Positions 50,850-62,644 of a stretch of 64,000 nt of DNA are shown piece by piece. Made by a program: the position numbers and the translations under genes. Numbering within the stretch: position 1 is the stretch's first letter; every line of letters begins with the position of its first letter. The notes below the pieces were generated by a model. That model worked only from the letters and a program-made list of their open reading frames with translations, ran no database searches and had not been told where the DNA came from. Origin of the DNA: Mobula hypostoma (Eukaryota); contig NC_086097.1 in the NCBI RefSeq assembly GCF_963921235.1, forward strand, positions 198,960,001-199,024,000. The letters are read 5' to 3'.

Positions 50850-51510
50850 AAACATGCTTGTGGAGGATTACAAATACCTGGGGATACGAATTGACAATAA
50901 ACTGGACTGGTCAAAGAACACTGAGGCTGTCTACAAGAAGGGTCAGAGCTGTCTCTATTTCCTGAGGAGACTGAGGTCCTTTAACATCTGTCAGACGATG
51001 CTGAGGATGTTCTACGAGTCTGTGGTGGCCAGTGTGATCATGTTTGCTGTTGTGTGCTGGGGCAGCAGGCTGAGGGTAGCAGACACCAACAGAATCAACA
51101 AACTCATTCGTAAGGCCAGTGATATTGTAGGGATGGAACTGGACTCTCTGACGGTGGTGTCTGAAAAGAGGATGCTGTCCAAGTTGCATGCCATCTTGGA
51201 CAATGTCTCCCATCCACTACATAATGGACTGGTTGGGCACAGGAGTACATTCAGCCAGAGACTCGTTCCACCGAGATGCAACACAGAGCGTCATAGGAAG
51301 TCATTCCTGCCTGTGGCCATCAAACGTTACAACTCCTCCCTTGGAGGATCAGACACCCTGAGCCAATAGGCTGGTCCTGGACTTATTTCCTGGCATAATT
51401 TACATATTACTATTTAACTATTTATGGTTTTATTACTACTTAATTATTTATGGTGCAACTGTAACGAAAACCAATTTCCCCCGGGATCAATAAAATATGA
51501 CTATGACTAT
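50850..51510 (+). mobile_element. Rex1/Babar-like LINE 3' fragment
   Basis: YKYLGIRIDNKLDWSKNT...LYFLRRLRSFN...FYESVVAS, open to the stop; (GACTAT)n tail. Confidence 0.9.
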
Positions 51511-52401
51511 TTGTTTACTTACTTTTCCAGTTCTGGAGAAAAGCCAGGATGTGCAAATTGGCTTGGTGAAAGGGGACTGTGGGTGGTAGTGGGGAGTCTT
51601 TATTCGGATTGAACCAGTGACGTGCCACAGAGATTGGTACTAGGTCCACTGTTGTTTGTCATCTATATTAAGGATTTGGATGACAACATTGTGAATATGG
51701 TTGGGATGTTTGTGGAAGACACCAAAATTAGTGATGTAGTGGACAGTGAAGTTGGTTATCTAAAATTTACAATGGGAACTAAATAAGTTGGGAAAGTGGG
51801 CCAAGGAATGACAGGTAGAATTTAATTTAGACTAGAGTGAAGTGCTTTATTTCCGTCAGTTAAACGAGGGCAGAACTTGCATAGTAAATAGTAGGGCCTT
51901 GTTGAACTTTGTAGAACTGAGAGATGTAGATGTACAGGGTGCAAGTTTCCCTGAAGTAGTGACACAGCTGGACAGCATGGTGAAGAAAGTGGTTGGTATG
52001 CTTACCTTCATTGGTTGCGGGATTGCATACAGGAATTGACACGTACAAGCCACTGGTGAGAACAGACTTGGAGCATTGTATGCACATCTGGTTACCCAGC
52101 TATAGAAAGGATGACATTAAACCGGAAAAGTGTAAGGAAATATTCATAGAGATGTTATAGGGACTGCAAGGCTTGAGCTATAAGGAGAGGTTTGATAGCT
52201 GTAACTGTTTTTCCCTGAAGCATGGGGGTCTGAGTGATGGCTTTGTATGTAAAGGCATGAGAGCTGTAGAAAAGGGGTGTGGTCACAGTATTTCTTCCAG
52301 GTGGTCCAAGTCCAGAGGACAGTGATTTAAGGTGAAATGGGAAAAATTTAAAAGGGACCTGATGGGCAAATCTTTCATAAAGGAACTACAATGGGATGTA
52401 T

Positions 52402-52584
52402 GGGGTGTCAGGGAGCGGTAGCACCTCTGGTGGGGGAACATGTCGCGTCCTTTTCAAGGCGGTTAGTCCACCATTGGTCCCCACCTGGCACTCAGCTCTC
52501 ACCTGTGGCTCCCTGTAGCTGTTTGCATGCGACAGCGGCCACACCCTGGACAACGGCTTCAACAAACCGGCTAAACCAGGTGAG
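52402..52584 (+). ncRNA. Putative HDV-like self-cleaving ribozyme at the 5' end of a retroposon
   Basis: P1 GGGGTGT 52402-08/ACACCCT 52541-47; P2 CTCACCTGT 52498-506/AC(C)AGGTGAG 52575-84; P3 GGC/GCC; P1.1 CC 52511-12/GG 52548-49; P4 CGGCTT/AAACCG; J4/2 GCTAA with C52571; all in canonical order. Confidence 0.72.
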
Positions 52585-52959
52585 GGTAGCTGATGGATCT
52601 CAAACCCTCGGTGAGAGAGGGAGTTGTCTATCCCAGCATGTGAAGACAGACTCTGGCAGATTGAGCGTACGAGACCAATGGAAGGTCCAACGGTCAAGAA
52701 GGCGGTCTTTGTAAGCGTCGTGGAACATGTAGAGCAGGACAAGACACAGAAGACGTCCTGGTCATCCACTGCGCCTAGTCCAATCTCCGGCCGTCTCGAC
52801 TCTGTCTTGCCACTGGATCCAGATGGGAATTGGGAAGAGAGAGTGAGGCTGATGCTGTGTAACTCTCCCTCACTTAAATCCAAATCATTGCGCTAGTCTC
52901 GACACCATCATAATGGTGTCGAGGTCCTCATTGACACATCGACGATGGACAAACACACA
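52402..52959 (+). mobile_element. Non-autonomous, non-coding retroposon (~560 bp, possibly RTE-associated) inserted in a CR1 remnant
   Basis: GC-rich block interrupting the CR1 3' region; TAT(GG) repeated on both sides (52399-403, 52960-64); HDV-like head, 11-bp 3' hairpin 52898-52923, CA-rich tail. Confidence 0.7.
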
Positions 52960-53754
52960 TATGGAATGAGCTGTCAGAAAAAGCTGCAGACAAGCACATG
53001 AAGAAAAAAAAACACCTGGAGGGAAATGAGCCTCATGCAGGTAAATGGGACTGGCTCAGATAGGCATCATGGTAGGCATGGAAGGATTGGGCTAAAGGGC
53101 CTGTTTCCAGGGTGTATAATTTACGATTCACTTGTTCAGCAGATTTCTCTCACCAATAATGAACATGTTGATTTCTGTTATATACACATAAAGGCAGCAG
53201 CAATTTTAACCAAGAAGTAGGAGAAAATTGCTCATCTTAACTAATTTTGACCATGTAAAAATCAGGTTTTCAAATTTTGGAACATGAAAGATTGCGATGT
53301 TTGGGATCGTTTTGAAAATATCTCTAGCTAAGATCTCTCAGTTTTAAATACTTGCACATTTTTCACTTTTATATAACATATCAAATAATGTGTCTGAGAT
53401 GCAGCGAGACACAAAGTTGTGAGTCACCTGGTTTCAAGGAAACATTGCGATAAACGAGATAAATGGAGCCCTCCATCTATAATTTTCTTTGAATCTTCTT
53501 ATTATGTGAATATTATATGTGATATAAATACACAAATTAGATAATTACAGATTGTAGTACATCATCAATACCTATTTTGAGATTAATGTCATATCTACAA
53601 ATATCCTTGCATTCAGTCAATTCAATTGGAACTTGACAAGCTCTTTCTTTAAGTTAGTTTATAAGTTTTTATGATTTTTCTTTGCACAATTATGTGTGGT
53701 GGCAAGACTGTTTGCAAATAATAACAGAACATCCATATACCTCAGATGATCAAC

Positions 53755-54920
53755 TTAAGACCATAAGATATAGGAGCAGAATTAGGCCATTTGGCCCATC
53801 GAGTCTGCTCCACCATTCAATCATGGCGATCCCTTTTTTCCCCTCCTCAGCCCTTCCCCAGCCTTCTCCCCATAATCTTTGATGCTGTGGCCTATCAAGC
53901 TCTCCCTTAAATATACCTAATGACCTAGCCCTCACAGCTGCCTGTGGTAATAAATTCCATAAATTCACCATCCTCTGGCAAAAGAAATTTCCCTGCATCT
54001 CTGTTTTAAATGGACACCTCTCCATCCTGAGGCTGTGCCCTCTTGTCCTGGACTCCCCCACCATGGGAAGCATCCTTTCCACATCTACTCTGTCTCGCCC
54101 TTTCAACATTCAAAAGTTTTCACTGAAATCCCCCTGCATCCTTCTAAATTCCAGCGAGTCCAGACCCAGAGCTATCAAACATTCCTCGTATGATAACCCT
54201 TTCGGACCCAGAATCATCCTTGTGATCCTCCTCTGAAACCTCTCCAATGCTAGCATATCTTTTCTTAGATGGGGAGCCTCCGCAATCCCTACTACTCCCT
54301 CTTTCAGAACCCCAGGGTGCAGTTCAACTGGTCCGGGTGACTTAAATACTTAAAGTCTTTCAGCTTTTTGAGCACCTTCTCCCTTGTAATAGTAACTGCA
54401 CTCAATAGACAATAGACAATAGGTGCAGGAGTAGGCCATTCAGCCCTTTGAGCCAGCACCGCCATTCACTGTGATCACGGTTGATCATCCACGATCAGTA
54501 TCCAGTTCCTACCTTATCCTTCTCTTCCCTCTTCTTCCCTCACTTCTCTTCCTTCACACCCTTCAACATCTGGCACACTGTTAGTGTCTTCCACAGTGAG
54601 GACTGATGCAAAATATTCATTTAGTTCATCTGCCGTCTCCTTGGGTCCCTTTATTATTTCTCTGAGCTCATTTTCTAGTGGTCCTACATCCACTCTCATC
54701 TCTCATTTTTTTTTACATACTTGGAAAAGCTTTTACTATCCACTTTAATATTGTTTGCTAGCTTGCTTTCATATTCACCCCTAATGATTCTTTTAGTTGC
54801 TTTCTGTAGGTTTCTAAAAGCTTCTGTCTTCCCACTTAGTTTTTGCTTTGTTGTATACCCTTCCTTTTGCTTTTACATTAGCTTTGACTTCCCTTGTCAG
54901 CCTCAGTAGTGCTACTTTGC
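53755..54920 (-). mobile_element. Internally deleted CR1 pieces plus a nested CR1 3' stub (~54403-54520)
   Basis: MVGESRTRGHSLR...MVNLWNLLP; ADELNEYFASVLTVED. Confidence 0.8.
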
Positions 54921-55159
54921 CATGAGTAGTAAATGTGAATCATTTCCAGGCTATTTCTGTCCATCCACTATTCTATTTTTGCATATATTCCTTCCGTTTT
55001 CTCTACTCAAGTTATTCATTAGTTTGATCTTATCTACTTTACACATCCATGTGATGGAGTAATCAGAGTTGTTCCATTCTCGATTTACCTCAGGATCTGG
55101 GAAGTGACCTACTTTCTTTTCCAAAAGTCCAAGTAGCCTGGATGAAAACTCATCGGGAC

Positions 55160-55810
55160 CGCAGTGTACAAGTGAGCATAGTGACCGCACAAGTAGACAG
55201 GGTGATGAGGAATTTAGTGTGCTGTCCTTCTTCAGTCAGGGTACCAAGTTTAGTAATGGGGATATTATGTTGCAGTTATACAGGTCGTTGGTGAGTCTGC
55301 ACTTGGAGTACTGTGCACAGTTTTGATCACCCTGTTATGGGAATGGCCCATTATCAAGCTGGAAATGGGCAGATATTCAAGGATGCTGCATAGTCTTGTG
55401 GGTTTGAGTTACAGGGTGAGTCTGGCCACACCGGGCCTTTAATCCCTGCAGTGCAGAAAAATGAGGGGTGACTTCAGAGAAGTTTATAAAATCATGCGAG
55501 ATATGGATAAGATGGATGGTCATACTCTTTTCTCTAGGGTTGTGGAATCCAAAACTAGAGGTGCGGGTACAAGGTAAGAGGGGAGAGAGTTAAAATTGAC
55601 CTGAGAGTTAACTTCTTTACACAGAGGATAATGAGAATCTGGAATGAACTTCCAGTACAAGTGGTCAAGTTAAGTACAATTCCAATATTTAAGAGGCATT
55701 TAGAGAGGAGGGGCTTGGAGAGTCATGGACGAATGCAGGCAACAGGGACAAGCAAGTAGGATGTAACAGGTTGGTATGGACCAGACAGGCCATAGGCCTG
55801 TTTGACTCAG
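55160..55810 (+). mobile_element. Degraded CR1 3' fragment
   Basis: MLQLYRSLVSLHLEYCAQF and MRGDFREVYKIM remnants. Confidence 0.7.
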
Positions 55811-56299
55811 TGACTCCTACTACTCACCATGGAAATTGAAATCAGTCAACCTAGGAACGAAACCTCACTGCCCTTTGGTTGTGTATTCACACACAAACTC
55901 ATTCTTAGAAATGGTTTTGGAAGGAGAATAACTGGCAGATGCTCCTGGATCATAAGTTTCTTCAGAATTTATTGGCATACCCCATTTTCAAGTATAATAT
56001 ATTTAGTCTTGTTTTGAGAAATAGGCAAAGAAAACTGAGTTACAATTAATCAATTATTAAATAGAAAACGTTGGAAACACTCGGCAGGTAAGGCAGAATT
56101 AGTGGAAAGGGAATCTGAGTTAATGTTTTGACATGAAACAATGCCTCTATTTCTCCCTCCACAGAGACTGCCTAACCATCAACATTTTCTGTGTTTAGTT
56201 TCTCAGCACATCCTTGGGTGTGTTGGTTGTCCACATATATGATGCATTTCACCATATATTTCGAGGTACATGTGACAAATAAATCTAAATCTGAACCTG

Positions 56300-56860
56300 A
56301 ATCCCCTGTCACCACTGCTCTCCGCTTCTCCAACACCGCCCTCTTTCCCTCCTGAGCCTCAGAGCCAGAGACCCGGCTGCTGCTGCTTTCCCCAGGCAGC
56401 TCAGTCCCCCCAACAGCATTCAAAGTGGTATACATATTATTGAGTAGAACGGCCATAGGGGTACGCTACACTGTCTGCCTATTCTCTTTCCCTTTCCGGA
56501 CAGTCATCTAGCAACTTGTCTCCTGTGAAAAACCGTGACTGCCTCCCTGTAGCTACTTCTCTATCAACTCCTCATTCTCCCAAATAATCTGTAAGTCATC
56601 TAGCTCCATCTCTAGTTACATAACTTCTTGCAGGTGTGGTCATCAGGGACACTGGAGGTCATGCTGACTTCCCACATGACGCAAGGGCAGAACACTAGTG
56701 CCCTGTGTTCCATTCTTGCTGCTCTACCTGTGCATAGTAACACAGGAAGAACAAGAAACTCATTTTAGCCTTCACATCTTTTTGCCAAAGTCTCTGGATA
56801 TGAAGCCTCAGTTCTCCACTCTAACTCTGTCCACTCACACAATGGCCATGCCCACATTGA
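56300..56860 (-). mobile_element. CR1 ORF1 remnant
   Basis: AVLLNNMYTTLNAVGG...KRRAVVTGDS, homologous to 2900-3080 and 21850-22000. Confidence 0.7.
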
Positions 56861-58131
56861 CTGCTTTACTTAAACCTAATTTTATTTTATTGCCCAAGTG
56901 AAACTCCCAGGCAACAAGATTTGCCCTTTTCAATGGTTCCCCCATCTCACACAGATCTCACGAACCTCAACTGGAACCCATATGTACTGAGACTTGCTCT
57001 GTTCAGCAGTTGCCACTCTCTCACACAGATCTTGCTCTTCTTCATGGTCCTCCAAAGGAATGTTAGGACTGATGCTCCAGGCCCACCTGCTTCCCCATAA
57101 CAGTTTTACACGCACTGCTGTTCATTCTCCCTGGAGCGCGCTTTCCTCCTAACCTGGCCTTTGATCTAATCCCAGCCTATCTTCGTGCTTCTGTGCTACC
57201 TAGTCATGACCTCAGATTTCCTCAGGATTTCCTCTCTTCTGCTCAATTATTTATCCTCAGAAGGCCCTTCATTTTCTACCTTCTCATTAGTGTCCACCTC
57301 CACACCCCCTCCCATCCATCCCCACTGTCTCTGGCAGCAGCCTCTATAACTCAATGACCTTCATCTCTAATCTCCTTCTCAAACATAACCTCTGATCTTC
57401 ATCTACCATGGCTTTTCTGATACCTCTGCACAACCTCTAGTACAGATTGGTGTTTGGGGTCGTGGGCTTGTTCACCTCATAGTCATTCAGACAAGGCAAT
57501 TGCAATCGTTTATCAGATGCTACCACTAAAGTTTGCAGTACCTGGTGAAAACCCATTCCTCCAAATTTCCTGAAGGCTAAATTGTCAAGTCCCATAGGTG
57601 TTCATGCACAATATTGAATCATTATATCCAAGGCCATTATGGCAATTCTACTATTTCAGCAGGTTCTTTATTATTTTGTTTTCTTGACTATGTAGATTTC
57701 CATGAAAACAAGTAAAATTTTTCCTGCTGGTAATTCTACAAACATGCGATATATTCTGGCTTGGCTCTCTATCCTTATAGAGCGCACTGACATTTCAAAG
57801 GCTTCCTTCATGAGGAAATTACACCTTTACTGATCGTTGACACCTCATTTTTATCTAAATACTTCATTGAAGTGGTCTCCAGTGAAACTTGCATTACAAA
57901 CCTGCCATGTACTGGAAGGCCACAGGAACGTATGACATCAATAGACAGTTAAAGTCCTGCTGCCTATCTAGTTTATGCCACCTGGCATGCCTTGTGCCTA
58001 AAACATATATACCTGGAAACTGCAGGGAACAGTTTCAATGCATTAAACTGCTCCAGTGACAGAAGTATCCAGCTTTACAGCCCCAAGATGTAAATGATTA
58101 ACATTAGTAAACCTATCATTAGTTAAAAAGT

Positions 58132-60131
58132 AACACACATCAAAGTTGCTGGTGAACACAGCAGGCCAGGCAGCATCTCTAGGAAGAGGTACAGTCGACG
58201 TTTCAGGCCGAGACCCTTCGTCAGGACTAACTGAAGGAAGAGTTAGTAAGAGATTTGAAAGTGGGAGGGGGAGGGGGAGGGGGAGATCCAAAATGATAGG
58301 AGAAGACAGGAGGGGGAGGGATGGAGCCAAGAGCTGGACAGGTGATTGGCAAAGGGGATATGAGAGGATCATGGGACAGGAGGTCCGGGGAGAAAGATAA
58401 GGGGGGGGGGAACTCAGAGGATGGGCAGGGCGTATAGTCAGAGGGACAGAGGGAGAAAAAGGAGAGTGAGAGGAAGAATGTGTGTATAAAAATAAATAAC
58501 AGATGGGGTACGAGGGGGAGGTGGGGCATTAGCGGAAGTTAGAGAAGTCGATGTTCATGCCATCAGGTTGGAGGCTACCCAGATGGAATATAAGGTGTTG
58601 TTCCTCCAACCTGAGTGTGGCTTCATCTTTACAGCAGAGGAGGCCGTGGATAGACATATCAGAATGGGAATGGGATGTGGAATTAAAATGTGTGGCCACT
58701 GGGAGATCCTGCTTTCTCCGGCAGACAGAGCGTAGGTGTTCAGCAAAGCGGTCTCCCAGTCTGCGTCGGGTCTCGCCAATATATAGAAGGCCACATCGGG
58801 AGTACTGGACGCAGTATATCACCCCAGCCGACTCACAGGTGAAGTGTTGCCTCACCTGGAAGGACTGTCTGGGGCCTTGAATGGTAGTAAGGGAGGAAGT
58901 GTAAGGGCATGTGTAGCACTTGTTCTGCTTAAGTGCCAGGAGGGAGATCAATGGGGAGGGATGGAGGGGGGGGAACGAATGGACAAGGGAGTCGCGTAGG
59001 GAGCGATCCCTGCGGAAAGCAGAGTGGGGGGGGGGAGGGAAAGATGTGCTTAGTGGTGGGATCCCGTTGGAGGTGGCGGAAGTTACAGAGAATAATATGT
59101 TGGACCCGGAGACTGGTGGGGTGGTAGGTGAGGACCAGGGGAACCCTATTCCTAGTGGGGTGGTGGGAGAATAGAGTGAGAGCAGATTAGCACGAAATGG
59201 GGGAGATGCGTTTGAGAGCAGAGTTGATAGTGGAGGAAGAGAAGCCCCTTTCTTTAAAAAAGGAGGACATCTCCCTTGTCCTGGAATGAAAAGCCTCATC
59301 CTGAGAGCAGATGCGGCGGAGACGGAGGAATTGCGAGAAGGAGATGGCATTTTTGCAAGTGACAGGGTGAGAAGAGGAATAGTCCAGATAGCTGTGGGAG
59401 TCAGTAGGCTTATAGTAGACATCAGTGGATAAGCTGTCTCCAGAGACAGAGACAGAAAGAACTAGAAAGGGGAGGGAGGTGTCGGAAATGGACCAGGTAA
59501 ACTTGAGGGCAGGGTGAAAGTTGGAGGCAAAGTTAATAAAGTCAACGAGCTCAGCATGTGTGCAGGAAGCAGTGCCAATGAAGTCGTCGATGTAGCGAAG
59601 GAAAAGTGGGGGACAGATACCAGTATAGGCTTGGAACATGGACTGTTCTACAAAGCCAACAAAAAGGCAGGCATAGCTGGGGCCCATATGGGTGCCCATG
59701 GCTACATCTTTAGTTTGGAGGAAGTGGGAGGAGCCAAAGGAGAAATTATTAAGAGTAAGGACTAATTCCGCTAGACGGAGCAGAGTGGTGATAGAGGGGA
59801 ACTGATTAGGTCTGGAATCCAAAAAGAAGCAGAGAGCTTTGAGACCTTCCTGATGGGGGTTGGAAGTATATAGGGACTGGAGATCCATGGTGAAAATAAA
59901 GCGGTGGGGTCCAGGGAATTTTAAATCATCTAAAAGTTTAAGAACGTGAAAAGTGTCACGAACATAGGTCGGAAGGGATTGAACAAGGGGTGATAAAACA
60001 GTGTCGAGGTATGCAGAAACGAGTTCGGTGGGGCAGGAGCAAGCTGAGACAATAGGTCAGCCAGGACAGGCAGGTTTGTGGATCTTGGGTAGGAGGTAGA
60101 AACGGGAAGTGCGGGGTGTGGGAACTATAAG
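58132..60131 (-). mobile_element. Penelope-like element, Neptune-type, 5'-truncated (RT + GIY-YIG + 3' repeat)
   Basis: RT motifs DLQSLYT, AMGTHMGPSYACLF, LRYIDD; KCYTC linker; VIYCVQYSRCGLLYIGETRRRLGDRFAEH endonuclease; frameshifted; 10-bp TSD GTTAAAAAGT at 58122-31 and 60132-41. Confidence 0.92.
58192..58228 (-). ncRNA. Minimal type I hammerhead ribozyme motif in a PLE 3' repeat
   Basis: Minus strand reads agtc-CTGACGA-AGGGTCTCGGCCT-GAAAC-GTC-gact: intact core boxes, stem I agtc/gact, palindromic ACGT in place of stem III, GUC cleavage triplet. Confidence 0.8.
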
Positions 60132-60284
60132 GTTAAAAAGTCTTGCCTTCAGCACATAAAGGTCATCAGAGATAAAGTGCCAGAAGAGAGGACCAAAAGA
60201 AAAGTCAAGAGGTATGTACAGGAAGTGTGGTGTTTACACTATGATTGGAGGGTAGATCAACAGAGGAACAGGGTCAGGATGACA

Positions 60285-61270
60285 CCTAAAACTATAGGAG
60301 TGCAGTGGAGAGTATATTGACTGGTTGCATCATGGCCTGGTACGGAAACATCAATGCCCTTGAGTGGAAAAGCCTACAAAGGTCTGTCATGGGTAAAGCT
60401 CTCCCCATCGTTCAGCACATCCACATACTGAACTATTGCAGGACAGAAGCATCCATTATCAGGTACCCCCACCATCCAGGCCATGCTTCTTGCTCGCTGC
60501 TGCCATCAGAAAGAAAGTATGAGAGCCTCAGGACCCACACCACCAGGTTCAGGAACAATTATTACCCCTCAACTACCAGGCTTTTGAACCAAAGGAGACA
60601 ACTTCACAAACCCATCACTGAACTGTTCCCACAACCTATGGACTCAGTTTCAAGGGCTCGTCGTCTGACGGTCTCGATATTTATTGTCTATTTATTTATT
60701 AATATATTTTATCTTTTTCATTTTGTATTTGTACAGTTTGTTGTACATTGGTTGATTATTTATTTATTGAGATTCAGCGTGAAACAAGCCCTTCTGGCCC
60801 TTTGAGCTGGGATGACCAGCAATCCCCTTATTTAACCTTAGCCTAATCATGGGACAATTTACAATGACCAGTTAACCTACCAACTGGTACGTCTTCCGAC
60901 TGTGAGAGGAAACCAGAGTGCCCAAAGGAAACCCACACAGTCACGGGAAGAACGTACAGGCAATGGCAGGAAATGAACCCAGGTTGCTGGTACTGTAAAG
61001 TGTTGTGCTAACACTACACTGCAGTGTCAAAACATAGAAACATAGAAAATAGGTGCAGGAGTAGGCCATTCGGCTCTTCGAGCCTGCACCACCATTCAGT
61101 ATGATCATGGCTGATCATCCAACTCAGGTGTCGCCCTATTGGGTGCAGTCTTTCATTGATTCTATTGTGTTTCATGTATTTATTGTGAAAGCTCTCAAGA
61201 AAATGAATCTCTGGGTAGAAAATGGTGACATATATGTACTTTAATATTAGATTTACTTTAAACTTTGAAG
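60285..61270 (+). mobile_element. Rex1/Babar-like 3' fragment containing a V-SINE (~60760-61028, minus) and a CR1 3' stub (61029-61127, minus)
   Basis: ESILTGCIMAWYG...SLLPSERKY...RFRNNYYPSTTRLLN; ggaaacccacacagtcacgggaagaacgtac (V-domain reverse complement); stub flanked by GTGTC. Confidence 0.8.
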
Positions 61271-62011
61271 TGTTGTAAGGGTTTGGGTAGGGTCAGCTGC
61301 TCAGGATTGTGGCAAGGAGGTGGGATCTGTGGTCAAATTGATGGTTTTGGGGGTGGGAGGGTGAGGGATGATAATTAATGACCTCAGAGGTCAGGGCTCA
61401 TTACAGATGCCTACCTGAGTCAAGTACCTTGTGCTAGACAGGTTGCTTTCAAGTAAAGTTGGTTCCAGCCTCACAAGCTTCCACATTAGTGCCCATGGAT
61501 GCTGCGTGTGGTGTATAGGTGGTGTAAACAGCAGAGAAGTAGTGTTCTGGAACGCCAGTGGAGGTGCCTCGGCATAACCAGATTCTTCTGCGTGTTCACT
61601 CCCCCGACACACAGGACATCCAGGATAAGAATCATGGATGAAGCATTTTGCCACAAGTCCCTGATTTTCCTTTCATTGAAGTGTAATTTCATGTTGTACA
61701 GGAACACAGTGCTACTTGTCCAATTTCTAGACAATGCACTCCTTAGCATTCACCCCCACCTAAAAGTTGTGCAATAAGTGTACTGTGGAAAGTGCAGAAG
61801 AAAGTGTTGCCTTTATGGGCAGAGACAGCTCTCAGTCCAGAAGAAGTGATCAGTTATCAGGTGTGCAAATTTTTGCACAACAGTCAAGCAAATGGTCATT
61901 GCAGGCTTTCTAGAGAAGACGTTCACTCTTAGAATTAACAAACAACTATGATACAAGAATCGCAGTAAACCATAACATCTGAGAAATCTCATCAGATAAA
62001 AGTTGTCTTAC

Positions 62012-62282
62012 ATTCTGTTTTCCAACAATATTATCAAAAGGAAGCTCGGGACTCCAGGAACCTTCAGTAAACGTTGCAGTGCTATTTTTTGTGTCGCAGG
62101 ATGTACTGGATTCTTTCATAATGTCTTCAGGAAGAGCTAGTAGGCTTTCTTCTGGCTGTTTTATCAGATATGTTTCAATGTTATGTTTCCTCAGAAACTC
62201 ATTTCTCTCTTTTCCGTGACCTTCTTCCACCTCATAATCATCATTTAGACAATCCAGCGTTGCCTTGGAAATGTGAATCCTC
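62012..62282 (-). CDS. ADCY8: ADCY8 internal exon (~exon 7; end of C1a, start of C1b), 271 bp
   Basis: Translates [57 protein letters not shown]...[20 protein letters not shown], recognisable as AC8; acceptor ttttgcag|G, donor AAT|gtaaga. Confidence 0.96.
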
Positions 62283-62644
62283 CTGCAAAACACCAAAAGA
62301 AACCTACTCAGATCCCGGCATAGAATCAGATCCCCAAAGCCTTAATTATAAGGGCATTTCCTTTGAATTTATCATTGGCTGAAGATTAAATTGCTTACGG
62401 CTTGTGCAAAGGTCGTGATATTTACCCAGGGATGCCACCGGACTCCAGTTTGTTTGCTATGTCAACATCCCAGGACCAGACGTCAAATTGCCATTTCCGA
62501 AGCCCGAGAACTCCACAGAGTACGGATCCAGAGTGTATACCTATGCGCATGTCAATCTCATGCTTTGTGTGAACTCTCACATATCTATCAGAAAAAAATT
62601 ACAGGTTTTTAAACATTAAAACATGCTGATTGTTGAATCATTAT

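Larger units (their letters stand above)
51540..53130 (+). mobile_element. Degraded CR1 RT/3' fragment hosting the 52402-52959 insertion
   Basis: VPQRLVLGPLLFVIYIKDLD and FVEDTK remnants; continues after 52960 with tggaatgagctg and a CR1 3' UTR. Confidence 0.75.

Noticed and set aside
52386..52896. ORFs of 165, 107 and 90 aa over the ribozyme-headed element
   Set aside because: No recognisable domains; explained by GC content.
61391..61777. Three overlapping ~90-aa ORFs in unique sequence next to the exon
   Set aside because: No homology recognised, and the ADCY8 exons splice in frame without them.
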